Assembly (NCBI GenBank): GCA_023419605.1
Contig: JAEZXR010000020.1
Coordinates: 4,108 to 68,107 of the forward strand
Origin: Bacillota bacterium
GTDB taxonomy: Bacteria; Bacillota; Clostridia; Acetivibrionales; JAEZXR01
DNA: 64,000 nt
Direction: 5' to 3'
This document shows, one piece after another, positions 62,405 to 64,000 of this stretch. The notes under the pieces are model-generated. The model was not told where the DNA came from. It worked only from the letters and a program-made list of their open reading frames with translations, and did not search any database. Numbering within the stretch: the first letter of the stretch is position 1; each line of letters opens with the position of its first letter. Position numbers and translations under genes: made by a program.

Positions 62405-63388
62405 ATGAAAACAGTGAGAATCCTATCCATTGACGGTGGAGGAATCCGGGGATTAATACCTGCAATGGTACTGGCCAAAATAGAAAAAATGACATCAAAA
62501 CCCATATGCAGATTGTTTGATCTTATTGCGGGTACCTCTACGGGAGGCATTTTGTCCCTCGGCTTAACAATGCCCGCAAACAAAGATAAGGGATTGCCGG
62601 CCTATGGTGCAGGGGATCTTATCAGTCTTTACTCGGACAATGGCAAAAAGATATTTTCCAGTGGCATATTCCACAAGATTATTTCAATGAATGGTATCGC
62701 GAAGGAAAAGTACCCTTCCTCAGGCATTGAAGCGTTATTGAAGCAATATTTCGGTTCGGCAAGGCTGTCAGAGGCTTTAACTCCAGTTTTAATCCCATCT
62801 TATGAAATTGGGCTTAGAACACCTTTCTTTTTTAAAAGTGAATATGCAAGAGACCCGCTTAAAAGTGGCTATGATTTCTACATTTGGCAGGTAGCCAGGG
62901 CTACTTCGGCGGCACCGACCTATTTTGAACCGTGTAAGATCCGGATAAATGACGAAAATGGAGCGGATTACTATACACTTATAGACGGGGGAGTATATGC
63001 GAATAACCCGGCGATGTGTGCTTTTGCCGAAGCAAAAACGATGTTTGAAAAAACAGCGGACATTGTACTTGTGTCTCTTGGCACTGGGGAGTTAACACGA
63101 AGTATACCCTATGACGATGCAAAGGATTGGGGAGCGGTAAAATGGGCGAAGTCAATTCTAGGCACTGTATTTGACGGTGTGAGTGATACTGTGGATTATC
63201 AACTGCGCCAGCTGTTAAAAAAAGATAAGTATTTTCGGCTGCAGGCCAGCCTCGCGCAATTAGGCAAAGATGAAATGGATGATGCCAGCGATGAAAACAT
63301 ACATGAATTAAAGCTTCTAGGGAGTAGTCTCATCGACGAATGTGAGAAAAATGGTGTCCTCGAAAGGCTGTGTTCTCAACTGATGTGA
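62405..63388 (+). CDS. patatin-like phospholipase
   Basis: 327 aa. ILSIDGGGIRG (oxyanion hole), AGTSTGG (GxSxG nucleophile) and LIDGGVYANNP (catalytic Asp). RBS GAGGGGGAAG. Confidence 0.9.
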   Translation: MKTVRILSIDGGGIRGLIPAMVLAKIEKMTSKPICRLFDLIAGTSTGGILSLGLTMPANKDKGLPAYGAGDLISLYSDNGKKIFSSGIFHKIISMNGIAKEKYPSSGIEALLKQYFGSARLSEALTPVLIPSYEIGLRTPFFFKSEYARDPLKSGYDFYIWQVARATSAAPTYFEPCKIRINDENGADYYTLIDGGVYANNPAMCAFAEAKTMFEKTADIVLVSLGTGELTRSIPYDDAKDWGAVKWAKSILGTVFDGVSDTVDYQLRQLLKKDKYFRLQASLAQLGKDEMDDASDENIHELKLLGSSLIDECEKNGVLERLCSQLM

Positions 63389-63536
63389 TTCGTTTCAACA
63401 GATGATGTATTCTTTCGCTGCAATTGTTTATAGTTTCGTAACAATTGTTTGTTTTTAATTTACATAATTGAAACAGTATTGACATAAAGAGATAGTATAA
63501 TGTAAATAGGGTTAAACGATTTTAGGGGGTGCAGAT

Positions 63537-63680
63537 ATGGTTAGTATTCCTAAAGATATTGCAGAGAAATTTGGGACTGTAGACGGAGAATATTTGTATT
63601 ACAGCGGGTGGAAGTATAAGATTATAAGCCATGACGTAGAGCGGTATATAGCAAACCCCATAGGCAGAGAGAATAACTAA
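63537..63680 (+). CDS. small hypothetical protein (47 aa)
   Basis: Below the track cutoff. ATG has TAGGGGGTG 6 nt upstream. MVSIPKDIAEKFGTVDGEYLYYSGWKYKIISHDVERYIANPIGRENN. No family recognised. Confidence 0.3.
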   Translation: MVSIPKDIAEKFGTVDGEYLYYSGWKYKIISHDVERYIANPIGRENN

Positions 63681-63844
63681 AGGCAGTAATTAAAATATGG
63701 GCCGAAAGGCTCTTTTATTTTACGGTCAAAACCATCCGCTGTGAGGGCAGCAGGATATGTATGTGGCCGACATGAATTTTAGTCTGCCTTAGGGCTCAAG
63801 TCCTGGTTCGGCACCATACGCTTACAGGGTTGGAGCAACGGACT

Positions 63845-64000
63845 CTAGATAACTTTGGGCGAACTCCCTTTAGATAATTTATTGGTAAATTCTCTTAACT
63901 CCTGTATGTCCCGGTCCAATTCTTTCGAATTGGTAGAAATGAGGTTGCTTAATAAGGCAGTATCATAGGAAAACAAATTTTTCTCCATAGCATTAGTATT
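63845..64000 (-). CDS. possible C-terminal end of a gene entering from the right edge
   Basis: Open minus-strand frame from the window end to TAG (63847-63845): ...NTNAMEKNLFSYDTALLSNLISTNSKELDRDIQELREFTNKLSKGSSPKVI. It cannot be assessed further. Confidence 0.25.
   Translation of the reverse strand, partial: NTNAMEKNLFSYDTALLSNLISTNSKELDRDIQELREFTNKLSKGSSPKVI

Noticed and set aside
62405-63388. The patatin-like phospholipase as a CapV-type CBASS effector, i.e. an anti-phage system.
   Set aside because: No cGAS/DncV-like nucleotidyltransferase, E1/E2/JAB or other CBASS partner lies adjacent. The neighbours are the PKS trans-AT and a 47-aa ORF. A lone patatin gene is not evidence for CBASS.
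63786-63816. A tRNA-like 3' end, GGGCTCAAGTCCTGGTTCGGCACCA (T-loop-like CTCAAGT and a terminal ACCA).
   Set aside because: I could not build a T stem without mismatches or find a complementary 5' acceptor strand, D arm or anticodon arm in the preceding 90 nt. It does not repeat the tRNA-Trp fragment at 3334-3383. This may be a decayed remnant or chance, and tRNAscan-SE or Aragorn should be run on it.

Overview
This 64-kb window looks Firmicute-like, with GGAGG-type ribosome-binding sites, sigma-A-type promoters and Clostridia/Bacilli-like proteins. About 52 kb of it (9,692-61,797) is an apparently orphan trans-AT polyketide synthase (PKS) cluster.

The PKS cluster:
- Four co-directional, tightly coupled megasynthase genes (5,271 + 6,750 + 4,031 + 863 aa) carry no embedded AT domains. 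A convergent free-standing FabD-like acyltransferase follows them.
- Reading motifs by eye, I count a loading module (methyltransferase-like domain, GNAT, ACP), 10 KS (all Cys-His-His), 7 DH, 9 KR, 4 C-methyltransferases, 11 ACP, a roughly 18-aa vestigial KS stub and a terminal TE.
- I see no ER, NRPS or beta-branching genes. A collinear reading therefore suggests a tetramethyl-branched polyene hydroxy-keto acid or macrolide.
- The assembly line is visibly a mosaic of duplicated multi-domain cassettes.

The left flank (1-9,691):
- An AT-rich fragment of a mobile element holds small ORFs, a small serine recombinase and an XRE regulator. It ends at a 3' half of tRNA-Trp plus that gene's terminator, which looks like an att scar.
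- Next come an HD+CHAP fusion protein, a truncated IS110-family transposase, a doubtful His-rich mini-ORF and a complete group II intron with class-C hallmarks inserted next to a terminator hairpin.
- An Amidase_3 cell-wall amidase follows. After it lies about 1 kb of non-coding leader with a consensus promoter, a 53-aa ORF and an intrinsic terminator just upstream of the PKS start.

The right flank has a patatin-like phospholipase and two weak small or partial ORFs.

I found no rRNA, no intact tRNA and no CRISPR array. All domain bounds are approximate and all family calls rest on motif recognition, not on searches.
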